Positions 11,909 to 22,920 of a stretch of 64,000 bases of DNA are shown piece by piece. Both the position numbers and the translations under genes were made by a program. The DNA comes from Felis catus. Taxonomy: Eukaryota. A model generated the notes under the pieces. It made no database searches. It saw only the letters and a list, made by a program, of their open reading frames with translations, and was not told where the DNA came from. Location of the stretch: positions 128,776,001-128,840,000 of the forward strand of contig NC_058368.1 in the NCBI RefSeq assembly GCF_018350175.1, in the 5' to 3' direction. Each line of letters opens with the position of its first letter. Position 1 is the stretch's first letter.

Positions 11909-12113
11909 GGGGTGCCTGGTTAAGCACCTGGCTCAGGTCTTGATCTCACGGTTTGTGAGTTTGAGCCCCATGTCAGGCTCTGTGCTGACAGCTCAGAGCC
12001 TGGAGCCTGCTCTTGATTCTGTGTCTCCCCCTCTCTCTGTCCCTCCCATGCTCATGCTCGGTCTCTCTCTGACTCTCAATAATAAATAAATGTTAAAAAT
12101 AATAATTTTTTTA
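11909..12113 (+). mobile_element. CanSINE with small internal deletions
   Basis: ggggtgcctgg head, gagcctggagcctgc core and A-rich tail. The flanks aaaaccagcaaata and aaaagcagcaaata look like a TSD. Confidence 0.9.
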
Positions 12114-13091
12114 AAAAGCAGCAAATAAAAGGATTTTTTTAAACATATAAACATTTATCTGAAGGAAGACCTGTTTGCTCTTGGTTTATCTCTACACATT
12201 GAAACAAACATACTGTTTTTATTGATGAACATATTGAGACGTAAGGTGTTGTTCAAAAGAAATATAAGGAGGAATTCTTATTTTATGGTAATTTCTACTG
12301 TAAAATAGGCTTTATTAAAAATGATGTTTATCTTTAAGTGCACAAATTCCTATTTTTTCTACCTAAGTACTTTCATTTTATCTATTACAAATATTTACAA
12401 AACTAGATTTCCTTTCATACATGATTTATGTTCTGTTTAATTTTCCTGGAAGCCGTTAGGAGGGGTCTGGTAACAATTAGTTTTTTAAAAAAGAAAAAAG
12501 AAGTAAATTCTTTTCTAGGAGAAATTATAATCTCCATGTTTTTCAACTCTGAAATTTTTAATCTATCTTCATAGGTTAAAATAATTAATGTATTCATATT
12601 GGCTTTTTGTTTGCCTAGATGGCTGTTGTTGGCAGTTACCAAACTGATTTGGTAGAGTAATGGTGAATGAAGAGAAATGTGAAAACAGAGCAAAAGAAAG
12701 AACAGCTCTCTGCCCTCAGTTTTCCTTTATGCAGAAGCTAGAGGCTTATGCCAGCTGGAAGACTGCAGCAGTAGAGCTGAAGTAAATAAAGCAGGTATGG
12801 GCAGCTTCAGGCCATGTGACTGATCCTCTTAAACCAAAACCAAACAAGCTGCATAGGAACTTCTCAGTAGCGTTTTGCTACCTGTGGTTGGTTAATAGTG
12901 TAAGTTCAACCCTGTCCCGTAGCTTTCATTCTGCTCCAAGAACTTCCATGAAGACACAGTAGGTCACAGAGGGTACTAAAGTGTATGGAGATGTGGAAAA
13001 GTATTTTTGTCTACTTCCAGTATCTCCAGTATCATATTGAGAGATTTCCTTTTTTTTTTTATTTTTTTTTAATTTTTTAATGTTTATTTTT

Positions 13092-13311
13092 TTTTTAATT
13101 TTTTTTTTCAACGTTTATTTATTTTTGCGACAGAGAGAGACAGAGCATGAACGGGGGAGGGGCAGAGAGAGAGGGAGACACAGAATCGGAAACAGGCTCC
13201 AGGCTCCGAGCCATCAGCCCAGAGCCCGACGCGGGGCTCGAACTCACGGACCGCGAGATCGTGACCTGGCTGAAGTCGGACGCTTAACCGACTGCGCCAC
13301 CCAGGCCCCCC
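13092..13311 (-). mobile_element. Young CanSINE inserted in the tail of an older CanSINE
   Basis: CpG-intact body. TSD taatgtttattttt at 13078-13091 and 13312-13325. Confidence 0.93.
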
Positions 13312-13524
13312 TAATGTTTATTTTTGAGAAAGAGAGAGAGAGAGAGAGAGAGAGACACCGAGTTTGGGTGGGGGAGGGGCAAAGAGGGAGACAGAATCCC
13401 AAGCAGGCTCCAGGCTTTGAGCTCCCAGCACAGAGCCTGATGCGGGGCTCGAACTCACAAACCCCAAGATCATGACCTGAGCCGAAGTCGGACGCTTAGC
13501 CTACTGAGCCACCTAGGCACCCCA
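13312..13524 (-). mobile_element. Older CanSINE (its tail continues at ~13050-13091)
   Basis: (GA)n tract and core sequence; the head ends ...ccacctaggcacccc. Confidence 0.9.
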
Positions 13525-13601
13525 AGGGAGAAATTTTCTTTGTGATGCATCGTCACTTCACCTGAGAATTCAACAGGATGCTTAAAAATCTGACTACTCT
13601 T

Positions 13602-13790
13602 GGGGCACCTGGGTGGCTTAGTGGTTAAGCATCCAACTTTGGCTCGGGTCATGATCCTGCAGTTTGTGTGTCCGAAACTCACGGCAGGCTCTGCGCTGAC
13701 AGCTCAGAGCCTGAAGCCTGCTTTGGATTTTGTGTGTCTGTCTCTCTCTGTCCCTACCCTGCTCATGCTCTCAAAAAGAAACATTAAAAA

Positions 13791-13792
<2 letters not shown>
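13602..13792 (+). mobile_element. CanSINE, diverged
   Basis: ggggcacctgggtggcttag head and SINE core, with a short A tail. Confidence 0.88.

Positions 13793-13796
<4 letters not shown>

Positions 13797-13835
<39 letters not shown>
13797..13835. repeat. (TG)n microsatellite
   Basis: Direct reading. Confidence 0.97.
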
Positions 13836-13837
<2 letters not shown>

Positions 13838-14028
13838 ATCTCACATATTCTTTATCCATTCATCACTGGATGCTGCCACAAACATCACGGTGCATGTATC
13901 CCTTTGAATCTGTATTATTGTATCCTTAGGGTAAATAGGTAGTAGTGCAATTGTTGTATCATAGGATACTTCTATTTTTAACTTTTTGAGGAACCTCCAT
14001 TCTGTTTTCCAGAGTAGCTGCACCAATT
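13836..14028 (-). mobile_element. L1 ORF2 C-terminal fragment with internal deletion
   Basis: Minus-strand translation [20 protein letters not shown]...DEWIK matches the ORF2 C-terminus of the full-length L1 in this window. Confidence 0.85.
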
Positions 14029-14211
14029 TGTTTTTGTCAGTGTTGTCAAATATTAGTTTCATTATCATTCAGTTTTTTTCATACATAACATATGTTAAGG
14101 AAAATTTTTTAAATACAGATAAGCAAAAAGAACTTTTAAAAATATTACCCATTTCAAAGGAATTAAGATAGAAGAGGAAGAAGGAATCAGTAAAGATAAA
14201 AGATGTAATGA

Positions 14212-14363
14212 CTATATTTCATGTTTTTAAGACGCACATCTTTTCAAATTTTAACAACTCTGAAATGAGGATATGTAGAGTTTGCCCTTTTTAGTGGGAT
14301 ATGTAACAGTGATGCTTCTTAAATCTAAAATTCAGTGTTTCGATTGTATTCAATGAAATACAG
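14212..14363. mobile_element. MER104-like Tc1/mariner (Tc2) MITE relic
   Basis: Terminal inverted repeats ctatatttcat ... atgaaatacag (10/11). The internal taagacgcacatc...tttaacaactctgaaat matches the recalled consensus. Confidence 0.65.
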
Positions 14364-14458
14364 TAATTTGGGGATATAGATCTTTCGAGGTAGAATAGCA
14401 ACTCTTAGGGACTGAACTGCATTGTACAAATAGCTTGCACTGATTTGAGGAAGCATTT

Positions 14459-14849
14459 TTTTTGTTTTTTTATTTTTTTAAATGTACATCCAAATTAGTT
14501 AGCATATAGTGCAACAATGATTTCAGTAGATTCCTTAGTGCCCCTTACCCATTTAGCCCATCCCCTCTCCAACAACCCCTCCCATAACCCCCAGTTTGTT
14601 CTCCATATTTATGGGTCTCTTCTGTTTTGTCCCTCTCCCTGTTTTTTTATATTATTTTTGTTTCCCTTCCCTTATGTTCATCTGTTTTGTCTCTTAAAGT
14701 CCTTATAGGAGTGAAGTCATATGATTTTTGTCTTTCTTTGACTAATTTCACTTAGCATATTACTCTCCAGTTCCATCCGTGTAGTTGCAAATGGCAAGAT
14801 TTCATTCTTTTGGATTGCCGAGTAATACTCCATTGTGTGTGTATGGATG

Positions 14850-14913
<64 letters not shown>

Positions 14914-15161
14914 TAGATCTACCCCATCTTCTTTATCCATTCATCCATCGATGGACATTTGAGCTCTTTCCATACTTTGGCTATTGTGGATAGTGCTGCT
15001 ATAAACATGGGGGTGCATGTGTCCCTTCAAAACAGCATACCTGTATCCCTTGGATAAATACCTAGCAGTGCAATTTCTGGGTTGTAGGGTAGTTCTATTT
15101 TCAGTTTTTTGAGGAACCTCCATACTGTTTTCCAGAGTGGCTGCACCAGCTTGCATTCCCA
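14459..15161 (-). mobile_element. 5'-truncated carnivore L1 (3' ~700 bp)
   Basis: Translation [26 protein letters not shown] and a T-rich tail. TSD gaggaagcMttt at 14447-14458 and 15162-15173 (1 mismatch). Confidence 0.92.
14850..14913. repeat. (GATA)16 tetranucleotide microsatellite inside the L1
   Basis: Direct reading. Confidence 0.97.
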
Positions 15162-15797
15162 GAGGAAGCCTTTCTGAGAGTGCCTCTCTGCCACTGGTGT
15201 CTGGGGCATGCTAAACTCTGATTCCATCCTCCTCCTCCTCCTCACTGCCACACCACCCCAGAACAGAAAGGGACACAGATGGGACTTGGGTCTGGCGCTT
15301 TAGGGGGTGGCAGTAGCATCCATGCTTTAATTCCACAGAAAAATAGATTGGTAGGAGCATCTTTCTGAGGCCATTGTCACCTTCACTTCATCTCCAGCAG
15401 AAAGTGCAATCACTTATCAGTTGTGAGCCAGAATATAGCTGCTAAGCTTAAGATCTTTGAGAGAGTGACTTATGCTCTTGTGTAGTATTTCATGTTAAGT
15501 AGTTTCACTTCTTGGGTAGTAAATATTTTTATTTTATGGTCCTTCACACCTTATTATGGTATATGATGGCAGAGCTGTTTAATTCAAAGAACACTGGTAT
15601 ATTATCAGATAGTTTTTTTTTTCAACTTGCCCTGTGCCTATCTATGTATTATTTAAATGTAAAAGCAAGTATCATATATATACATTTTTATTGGCTTTTT
15701 TATTTTCATAAAACCTATTAGTTTTTATTTAGTTTCATAAAACCTAATTCTTCTAATTAGAAATTTAATAATTTCTTTCATTAATATATATATGCAG

Positions 15798-16046
15798 GAA
15801 ATCCTAAAGAATGAAAAAAATAGAGAAGTCGTTAAAAGGAAAAGCCAAGACCTTTATGAAGAGGAAAAACTCCTTAGCAAAGAGAACGAAGAACTTTTGG
15901 CTCCACCAGTTCAGACTCAGATCAAAGGCCACGCCTCTGCTCCATACTTTGGAAAGGAAGAACCCTCAGTGGCTCCCACCAGCACTGGTAAAACCTTTCA
16001 ACCAGGATCCTGGATGCCACAAGGCGGCAAGAACCCCAATCAATGA
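15798..16046 (+). CDS. NDUFAF2: NADH:ubiquinone oxidoreductase complex assembly factor 2 (mimitin), last coding exon
   Basis: Translation EILKNEKNRE...PPVQTQIKGHASAPYFGKEEPSVAPTSTGKTFQPGSWMP...NQ* matches the recalled NDUFAF2 C-terminal half. Acceptor tgcag|GAA (AG at 15796-15797, phase 0) and TGA at 16044-16046. Tail-to-tail synteny with SMIM15 fits. Earlier exons lie outside the window. Confidence 0.96.
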   Translation, partial: EILKNEKNREVVKRKSQDLYEEEKLLSKENEELLAPPVQTQIKGHASAPYFGKEEPSVAPTSTGKTFQPGSWMPQGGKNPNQ

Positions 16047-16088
16047 ATGCACTGTGGTAATACTTCATTTGTATGTAACTTTTTAAAC

Positions 16089-16103
16089 AATAAAATGAAT
16101 AAA
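16089..16103 (+). terminator. NDUFAF2: NDUFAF2 polyadenylation signals (two AATAAA)
   Basis: AATAAA at 16089-16094 and 16098-16103, about 45 nt after the stop, followed by a T/GT-rich downstream region. Confidence 0.8.
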
Positions 16104-16205
16104 GATTACTTTATTTTCTGACTGTACAATAGTTCTCTATCCCAGTAAGCTTAGAATTCATTTTTAGTATGCATAAGAAATGTGAGGTTATGAACTATAG
16201 AAACC

Positions 16206-16292
16206 TTTTTTTCTTTAAGATTTTTAAGTTCTCTCTCCACCCAACGTGGAGCTCTTTTTGCACACTACTGACTGAGCCAGCCAGGTGCCCCT
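16206..16292 (-). mobile_element. Short, internally deleted CanSINE
   Basis: Head ...actgagccagccaggtgcccc and tail tttaagattttt; the middle is missing. Confidence 0.7.
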
Positions 16293-16358
16293 AAACCTGA
16301 CTTCTTTTAGACTTAACTCCTTCATTTGCTTTAGTCATCATTCTGTTTATTAATGTGT

Positions 16359-16420
16359 CTGTTAAGATTGCTCCCTTGAGAAGGATCCTGTTAAGATTGC
16401 TCCTTTGAGAAGGATCCTGT
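16359..16420. repeat. 29-bp tandem duplication (2.1 copies)
   Basis: ctgttaagattgctccYttgagaaggatc at 16359-16387 and 16388-16416, one mismatch. Confidence 0.95.
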
Positions 16421-16929
16421 CACTTTAAATGCTCAGTACATTTTGGATCCTTATGATCATTTAGGAGCCCTAACGTATATATCATGATAGAAATAAGGGT
16501 AGTTAGTGAGCTCTCCTAAATTACCCAATTAAAAAAAAAAAAAAGTGAGAAGACTGCTTGTAAGATTCTAAAGGATTAATAAAAAACATGATCTTGGATT
16601 ATGTGAAGGCCAAGAAAATTTAGTTGAGAAATGGATATGAAAAAAAAAAAAAGGCCATGATGAGTGGATGAGACTAAAACTAGCTTATGGCAGGATTAAG
16701 GTTGGCGTTTGAAGTGAGGAATTAGGACCAATACAAGTAGCCAATCTATCGCAAAAGTCTTAAACAGAGAAATGGTACAACTGGAGTTCTAGGAGATTAA
16801 AAATTATCTTAAGAAAATGAAACATAGGGTTCTGAGCAATTCCAGTGACAGGAGGGATTCTAGTGGCTCGTATATTGAAGAAAAATGTAGACAGGTGATG
16901 TTAAAACACTCATTATCATACAAAAGTAT

Positions 16930-17134
16930 TTTTCTAATGTTTATTTGTTTTGAGAAAGAGAGAGAGAGAGAAAGAAGATGAGTGGGAGATGGACAGAGAG
17001 GAGAGAGAGAAAATCCCAAGCAGGCTCCACCCTGTTAGCACAGAGCCCCTGGGGCTCAATCCCGTGAACCAGGAGATCATGACCTGAGCTACAACCAAGG
17101 GTCAGATGCCTAACAGACTGAGCCATGTAGGCTC
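16930..17134 (-). mobile_element. CanSINE, diverged
   Basis: taatgtttatttg tail, (GA)n tract and gagatcatgacctgagc core. Confidence 0.85.
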
Positions 17135-17864
17135 ATATATACCTTTTATTATACAAAAATATTTTTGAAGGGTCAAGTTTTCTGAAGTGCACAAACAAGT
17201 TTTTGTTGCTAATACAGAGTTCTTCTCTGTGTGTGGCATTATAATAGATGCTCAATAAATATGTACTGAATAAGTGATCCAAATTTCAGTGCTCTATAAG
17301 GAAATCCTTGGTTAAGTATTTTAACAGTGAATTCCTAAAAACACATAGGTTAATACTTTTATTTAATAGAAGGTAAAAAAATTTAATTGCTTAAGAAATA
17401 AATATCAGAAAAATACTTTATAAAATGTAATATTAAAACAAATAATCAAATGTAATTATGACATAGTTAATGAATACCACAAAAGCCACTTGGTGATAAT
17501 ACTAACATTCCAGCAACCCTGTTAATATGAGGTTAACCATTCTGTCTCTATATCATTACAAAGTAATGTTACATTTTACCATAGAGGCAAAAAAAGAACT
17601 AGCCACCACGCAGTATAAAGAGGTAAAATTTATAGTACAATTGATTATAATTAAGATGTTCTTGAGTCCTGGGTTACAAGAAAAACTGCAAATTTTCTAA
17701 CATGCTAGAATACGTCTACTGCCAAATTCCTATTAGCTTATTAAATGTATTCCATACATATCTTTTTATAAACGTTTGCCTTGTAGTTTGTAAATATCTT
17801 AATGTTATGACAGAATTTACATTAACTTTAATTTTTATGTTTTCATTTTAAAAAACTTGTTTTA

Positions 17865-18087
17865 TTAACGACAGAAAACAAACTGATGGTTACCAGAGGG
17901 GAGATGGGTGGGAGGACAGGTGAAATAAATAGGTGATGGGAATTAAGGAGGACAGTTGCTATGATAAGCACTGGGTGATGTATGGAAGTGCTGAATCACT
18001 ATATTGTACGCCTGAAACTAATATCACACTGTATGTTAACATAACTAACTGGAATTTAAACAAAAACTTTAAAAAAATACAAAAAAC
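17865..18087 (+). mobile_element. L1 3'-end fragment (carnivore/L1MA type)
   Basis: aaacaaactgatggttaccagagggg...gcactgggtgatgtatggaagtgctgaatcactatattgtac...actggaatttaaa followed by an A tail. Confidence 0.82.
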
Positions 18088-18215
18088 TAGGGGAGGCATA
18101 AAATAAATAAATAAAATACTTGTTTCACATAAGCAGCAAAAGAAAATCTTAACCAGAAGTCCTTGTGGGAAAATACCTGAGTATGACACTGGCCCACCAT
18201 TTTTGGTAGAGCACA

Positions 18216-18557
18216 CTTTTTTTTAAAGATTTTATTTTTAAGTAATCTCACACCCAATGTTGGGCTTGAACTTACAACCCTGAGATCAAGAGTCACATGC
18301 TCCACTGAGTCAGCCAGGTGCCCCTGGAGCATGCACTTTTAAAGTGATTTCAAGGGGTGCCTGGGTGGCTTAGTCGGTTAAGCGTCCAACTTCAGCTCAG
18401 GTCATGATCTCACAGTCCCTGAGTTCGAGCCCCACGTCGGGGTCTGTGACGACAGCTCAGAGCCTGGAGCCTGCTTCAGATTCTGTGTCTCCCTCTCTCT
18501 GACGCTCCCCCGTTCATGCCCTGTCTCTCAAAAATAAATAAACATTAAAATAAATAA
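18216..18557. mobile_element. Two head-to-head CanSINEs: short older type (-, 18216-18324) and feline type (+, 18354-18557)
   Basis: Both heads are readable. The second is flanked by aagtgatttcaag and aggtgatttcaag. Confidence 0.88.
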
Positions 18558-19287
18558 GGTGATTTCAAGAAGTGGAAATGACAGTTCTAGTAATACATCC
18601 AGACTCTTCCTCAAGACTAACATTTTTTGGATATCTGGTGGCACTGTTAGATGGCAAGGGAACAGAGCTGTATGTCCTACATAAAAACTGAACCTAAAAA
18701 CCTTGGCCTAATTTAAATTACCTTTCTATGCAATCTTTTCTATATTTGGCTTTTATGCCAGACACATGCAAAGCAGAATTAAAGTGTTAAATATTAGTTT
18801 GTCTGCCACATTTTGTATTTTAAATTGTTATATTTTGGACACTCACAAGTTTTGTTTTAATAAACATGTCCATACTGCTTCAAGACCAACTTCAACCCTA
18901 TGCAAAGTTTTTTTAATTCCAAAAGTAAAAATGTTCCAAGTTAAGTGTCAGATATACTTCAAGTGCTTTCTCAGAGGTAAATCCTTGATTTCCCATGCAT
19001 GTGCTACACATGCAAACAGATTTTTGCCTGTTAAAGTATAGAAAATGTGTTGACTATTGGGGTTAATCATATAAATCTAGCCTATCAGCTATGCCTTGGA
19101 TATGTGAAGTTGAAAATCAATAAAAATGGAGGAAAAAAACTTTCCCATTATCTGTTATTCTTTTCCATTCCTACTTTTACTGATATCTGGCTATCATTTA
19201 TTTCTTAATTGAATCAGCCTTGAGCCAATACCTTATTTTTTTAATGCTACCTCATTAACCACACTATTTAAAATGTAATCTGATCTT

Positions 19288-19476
19288 GGGGCACCTGGGT
19301 GGCTCAACTCAGTTGAGTGTTTGATTTCGGCTCAGGTCATGATCCTAGGGTCAAGGGATAGAGCCCTGCATCAAGATCCACGCTGAGTATAGGGCCTACT
19401 TACGATTCTCTCTCTCACTCTGCCCTTCCCGTACTCTCTCTAAAATAAACCTTGAAAATTTTTTAAAAACAAATAA
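19288..19476 (+). mobile_element. CanSINE, older type
   Basis: ggggcacctgggtggctca head, CT tract and A-rich tail. Confidence 0.85.
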
Positions 19477-19742
19477 ATTGTAACCTGATATCACCAAACA
19501 AAGCAAAACAAAAAACAAAAATAAAATAAAGTAAAATGTAACCTGAATTTATTTAGAACAGGCTTTCTCAAAGTGTTTATGTTCTCTGGGGAAAGAAACA
19601 GCAGTGAGAAGTCTATGATAGTCAAATTAAGTTAAAAGCTTCTAAGAAATCGTGTAGGAATAATCCTAAATTTTATTTTATATTTCCCAAACTGGTGGTA
19701 TTTGAAAATGGAATGTTTTAATGTTCGAGAAATACATATATT

Positions 19743-19758
19743 TGTGTGAGTGTGTGTA

Positions 19759-19801
<43 letters not shown>

Positions 19802-19807
19802 GTATAT
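19743..19807. repeat. (TG)n(TA)n compound microsatellite
   Basis: Direct reading. Confidence 0.93.
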
Positions 19808-20287
19808 TCCACATATATTCCAGATATGAAGTAAATCAGAGTGATACTATAACCAACTGCAATATAAAGACAATCATTCCTTAATAGGAATCAGTAACAG
19901 GATATGAGATGAGGTGTTAAGTGGCCCTGGCCCCTTTCCTTTACATTATGTGTAAGGAAAGAAGGAATGGGTCAGGACTTATTAATAATAATGTATCTCA
20001 ACATTAGTTTTCCGGCTCACACCTTGGTAAGCTTACTTCATTTGCTTTACTAGAATTCCAAGAAAAAGAAGTAAAAAACACTGTACCAAAAAGGTATATC
20101 TGATCTAGTAATACCACACTGAAATTCATCACATGCATACCAAGGATCAAAATCTGACACACCAACTTTTGTTTTTGGTAAAATATCTGTCTACAGGCAG
20201 GCCGTGTTTTTCCTAAAACCAGCCATAAAAAGGTAACTGATTAGATTAGCTCTCAAAGCTTAGGAAACAACATAATAGACAACTTTT

Positions 20288-20528
20288 TTTTTTTTTTAAA
20301 CATTTTTTTTTTTAATTTTTTTTTTCAACGTTTATTTATTTTTGGGACAGAGAGAGACAGAGCATGAACGGGGGAGGGGCAGAGAGAGAGGGAGACACAG
20401 AATCGGAAGCAGGCTCCAGGCTCCGAGCCATCAGCCCAGAGCCTGACGCGGGGCTCGAACTCACGGACCGCGAGATCGTGACCTGGCTGAAGTCGGACGC
20501 TTAACTGACTGCGCCACCCAGGCGCCCC
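20288..20528 (-). mobile_element. Young CanSINE (SINEC_Fc-like), same sense as SMIM15
   Basis: Near-consensus and CpG-intact. gacaactttt is repeated at 20278-20287 and 20530-20539 (TSD). Confidence 0.95.
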
Positions 20529-20934
20529 TGACAACTTTTAAAGGAAGTATTATGGCTAATAGTAAATGGGATTTTCATCAATAGTACTATTTGTTGCAGT
20601 GAGAGAAGATTGATTGTTCTGAAGAATCCGAACCCTCAAAATACTCTATTTTACATCCCCCCAAATCCCCCACATACACACAAACATATAGACATACATA
20701 TTATGAAACCTTGATCTCACATATAAAAAAAGGTCCCATAAATGTTGGGAAAAGCTAAACCTGAGGAAACAAATGGCATATGCCAAACAAATACAAAATT
20801 GGCATGTGTTAAGACTTTAAAAGAAATTATAGAAAAAAAAGATTTCAGTTAAATATCTTTAAATTGTAATGAGAACCAATGAAAACACAGCTTTAGTAGG
20901 TAACTGAGAATTATGGTGAATAGATCTTTTGCTG

Positions 20935-21257
20935 CAGTACTTTTACTCTAAAATGTGACCGACCATAAGGAAGACTTATGGGCTCTGTAGATCCAGGAGG
21001 GCCAGTAGATCTACAGAAGCATGTTTTTTCAGTTTGAATTGCAATGGTAATTCTAACTATTAAAACTTCAGTGGCAATAAAAAGGTCACTAGATATCCTA
21101 GATCACCTGAGTAATATAACGAAACACTGGAGTGGCAATATGTTCATTACACTGGCACCACGTTGGAACTGACAACCTAACGTATAAAGTAGTACTATTC
21201 AGACCAGCCCATCAACATTCTCAGGAGTCCTTAGGTATTTGTAGTTGAGAAACACTG
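20935..21257. mobile_element. Possible hAT-Charlie DNA transposon relic
   Basis: The right end gttgagaaacactg is a typical Charlie/MER5-type TIR. The left end cagtactttt is degraded. Confidence 0.4.
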
Positions 21258-21395
21258 TCCTCAACTTTTGTAAATATGCTTTTAGCTACAAATGAAATTC
21301 ATAACCCTTTGAAAAGTCATCTATTTTTAATTACTGTATTATTATTAGCCCCCCTTTAAAAAAAAAACAGGACCTTTTTATAAAAAAGTATCAAA

Positions 21396-21401
21396 TTTAT
21401 T
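21396..21401 (-). terminator. SMIM15: Candidate SMIM15 polyadenylation signal
   Basis: AATAAA on the minus strand 1.3 kb past the stop, with another at 21604-21609. The true 3' end cannot be fixed from sequence alone. Confidence 0.35.
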
Positions 21402-22695
21402 TCAATATCTAGTTCCATTTTTAAACTAAAGCTGGTGGACAATTTTTTGTAATTTAAAATTCATTATCAGAGGGGAGGAAAACATTAATAAGCTATTATA
21501 TACTGACAGCAAATAAAATTACTGGACTATGCATTTATAAAAGCCTGTTTAATAGTAAAAAGTTCCAGTCATCTACTTAACTAAAGGAAAGATCCTTTAG
21601 CTCTTTATTTCTAATTTCAACACATATCTCATTTTGACATAATTTACCTTTTTCATCTAATTACTGGTATGATGACCAAAATTTTTCCAAATGTTAAACC
21701 TTTCTTTACCACTTAGGAATTACAACTTAACGATTACTTTTTAAGAATTCCTTAAAAGAAATTTGAAATTTTAATTTTCACCATGAACCTGTTTCATCAG
21801 AAAGTAGAATATCACTACTAGGTAAGTTAAAACAAAGAATGGAAGAAAAACAAAAAATGGCATCTATATAATGAGCAAATTATCTAATTAAGACATTTTA
21901 ACTACTTCACATTTCTACTTAGCACAAGAAAGAGTAAACTGGTTCCAAGGTAACACAAGGTTTGGCATTTTTACTGCAAGCTTTAAATCATAGTGTTATT
22001 CTACTCAACAAGACATCTCTAAGAAAATGGCAGTGTTCATAAGTACCAAAACTGTTATATCTGGTAGGTGGTATTCTATATAGTCAATAAGAGAATTCTT
22101 TATAAAATTAGATTTTAAAAAATGCAGAATGTCTGATAATTATCTGAAGGGCTAAAATGAGAAAATGCAGAACACAAAAAGTCATTAGTTAATATGTGGC
22201 TTTGAGAAAGCCAGAAATGATTCTATTCCAAGAAATAAGCAATAATGATAAAAGATATAATATACTATATGCCTTTTAAGCCAAAGCACACTTTTCACCT
22301 CAGGACAATTTTGATTTTTACATTCTTAACTTCTTTTGTCCAGAAAGGGCCCCATTCTAAGCCATTATTTGAAAAGATTTCATAACGTATAGTCATTTCT
22401 CTCCACAGGATGTTTTCGTTTCAGTACATAAGCTGCAAAATGGCAAATGACTAAGTCAGTTATAAAGAATTTATAGAATAAATGCCAATTTACAATAACT
22501 GTCAACAGACTTCTACACCAAAGCCTAAAGGTTGCAGTAGTAGAGGCCACAACTAACATGATCCTTCCATGTGCTCAGACTTCAGTGACTACAAATTACT
22601 GTCATAAAAATCAGAAAAGAAACCTCAGTGGGTCCTTCCAAAGCTGCTTAATTTTCCAAGTGATTTTTCTCTGGTTATAGAGCCTGTTCATTCCT

Positions 22696-22920
22696 TCAAT
22701 CCTTCTTTAGTCGTTTAGCTTTTGCAATATTTTCTTGACGTTTTTGTTTCTTCTTTTGTTCCTTTTCCCTGGCTTCAATCATCTTGGCCAATTTCCAGGA
22801 CAGTACAGCACTTGCTAGAAACAATGGAGTAAGGGCCAAAATAACCGTTGTAAGGAAGCCATACGGGTCCTTTGCAGCCCATTCCACAACATACTCAGCC
22901 CAAGCCTTTATATCAAACAT
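22696..22920 (-). CDS. SMIM15: Small integral membrane protein 15 (74 aa; formerly C5orf43)
   Basis: [74 protein letters not shown] has one TM helix and a basic tail and is recognised as SMIM15. The CDS is in one exon. The likely acceptor is a pyrimidine tract plus AG at 22932-22933 (exon start 22931). Confidence 0.97.
   Translation of the reverse strand: MFDIKAWAEYVVEWAAKDPYGFLTTVILALTPLFLASAVLSWKLAKMIEAREKEQKKKQKRQENIAKAKRLKKD

Noticed and set aside
15180..15320. Possible CTCF-like motifs (ctgccactggtg; gggggtggcag)
   Set aside because: Only partial matches; cannot be supported without a PWM scan or ChIP data.
15792..15797. ATG start of the 84-aa ORF-track entry
   Set aside because: The ATG is intronic and part of the acceptor (atgcag|). 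The true exon starts at 15798.
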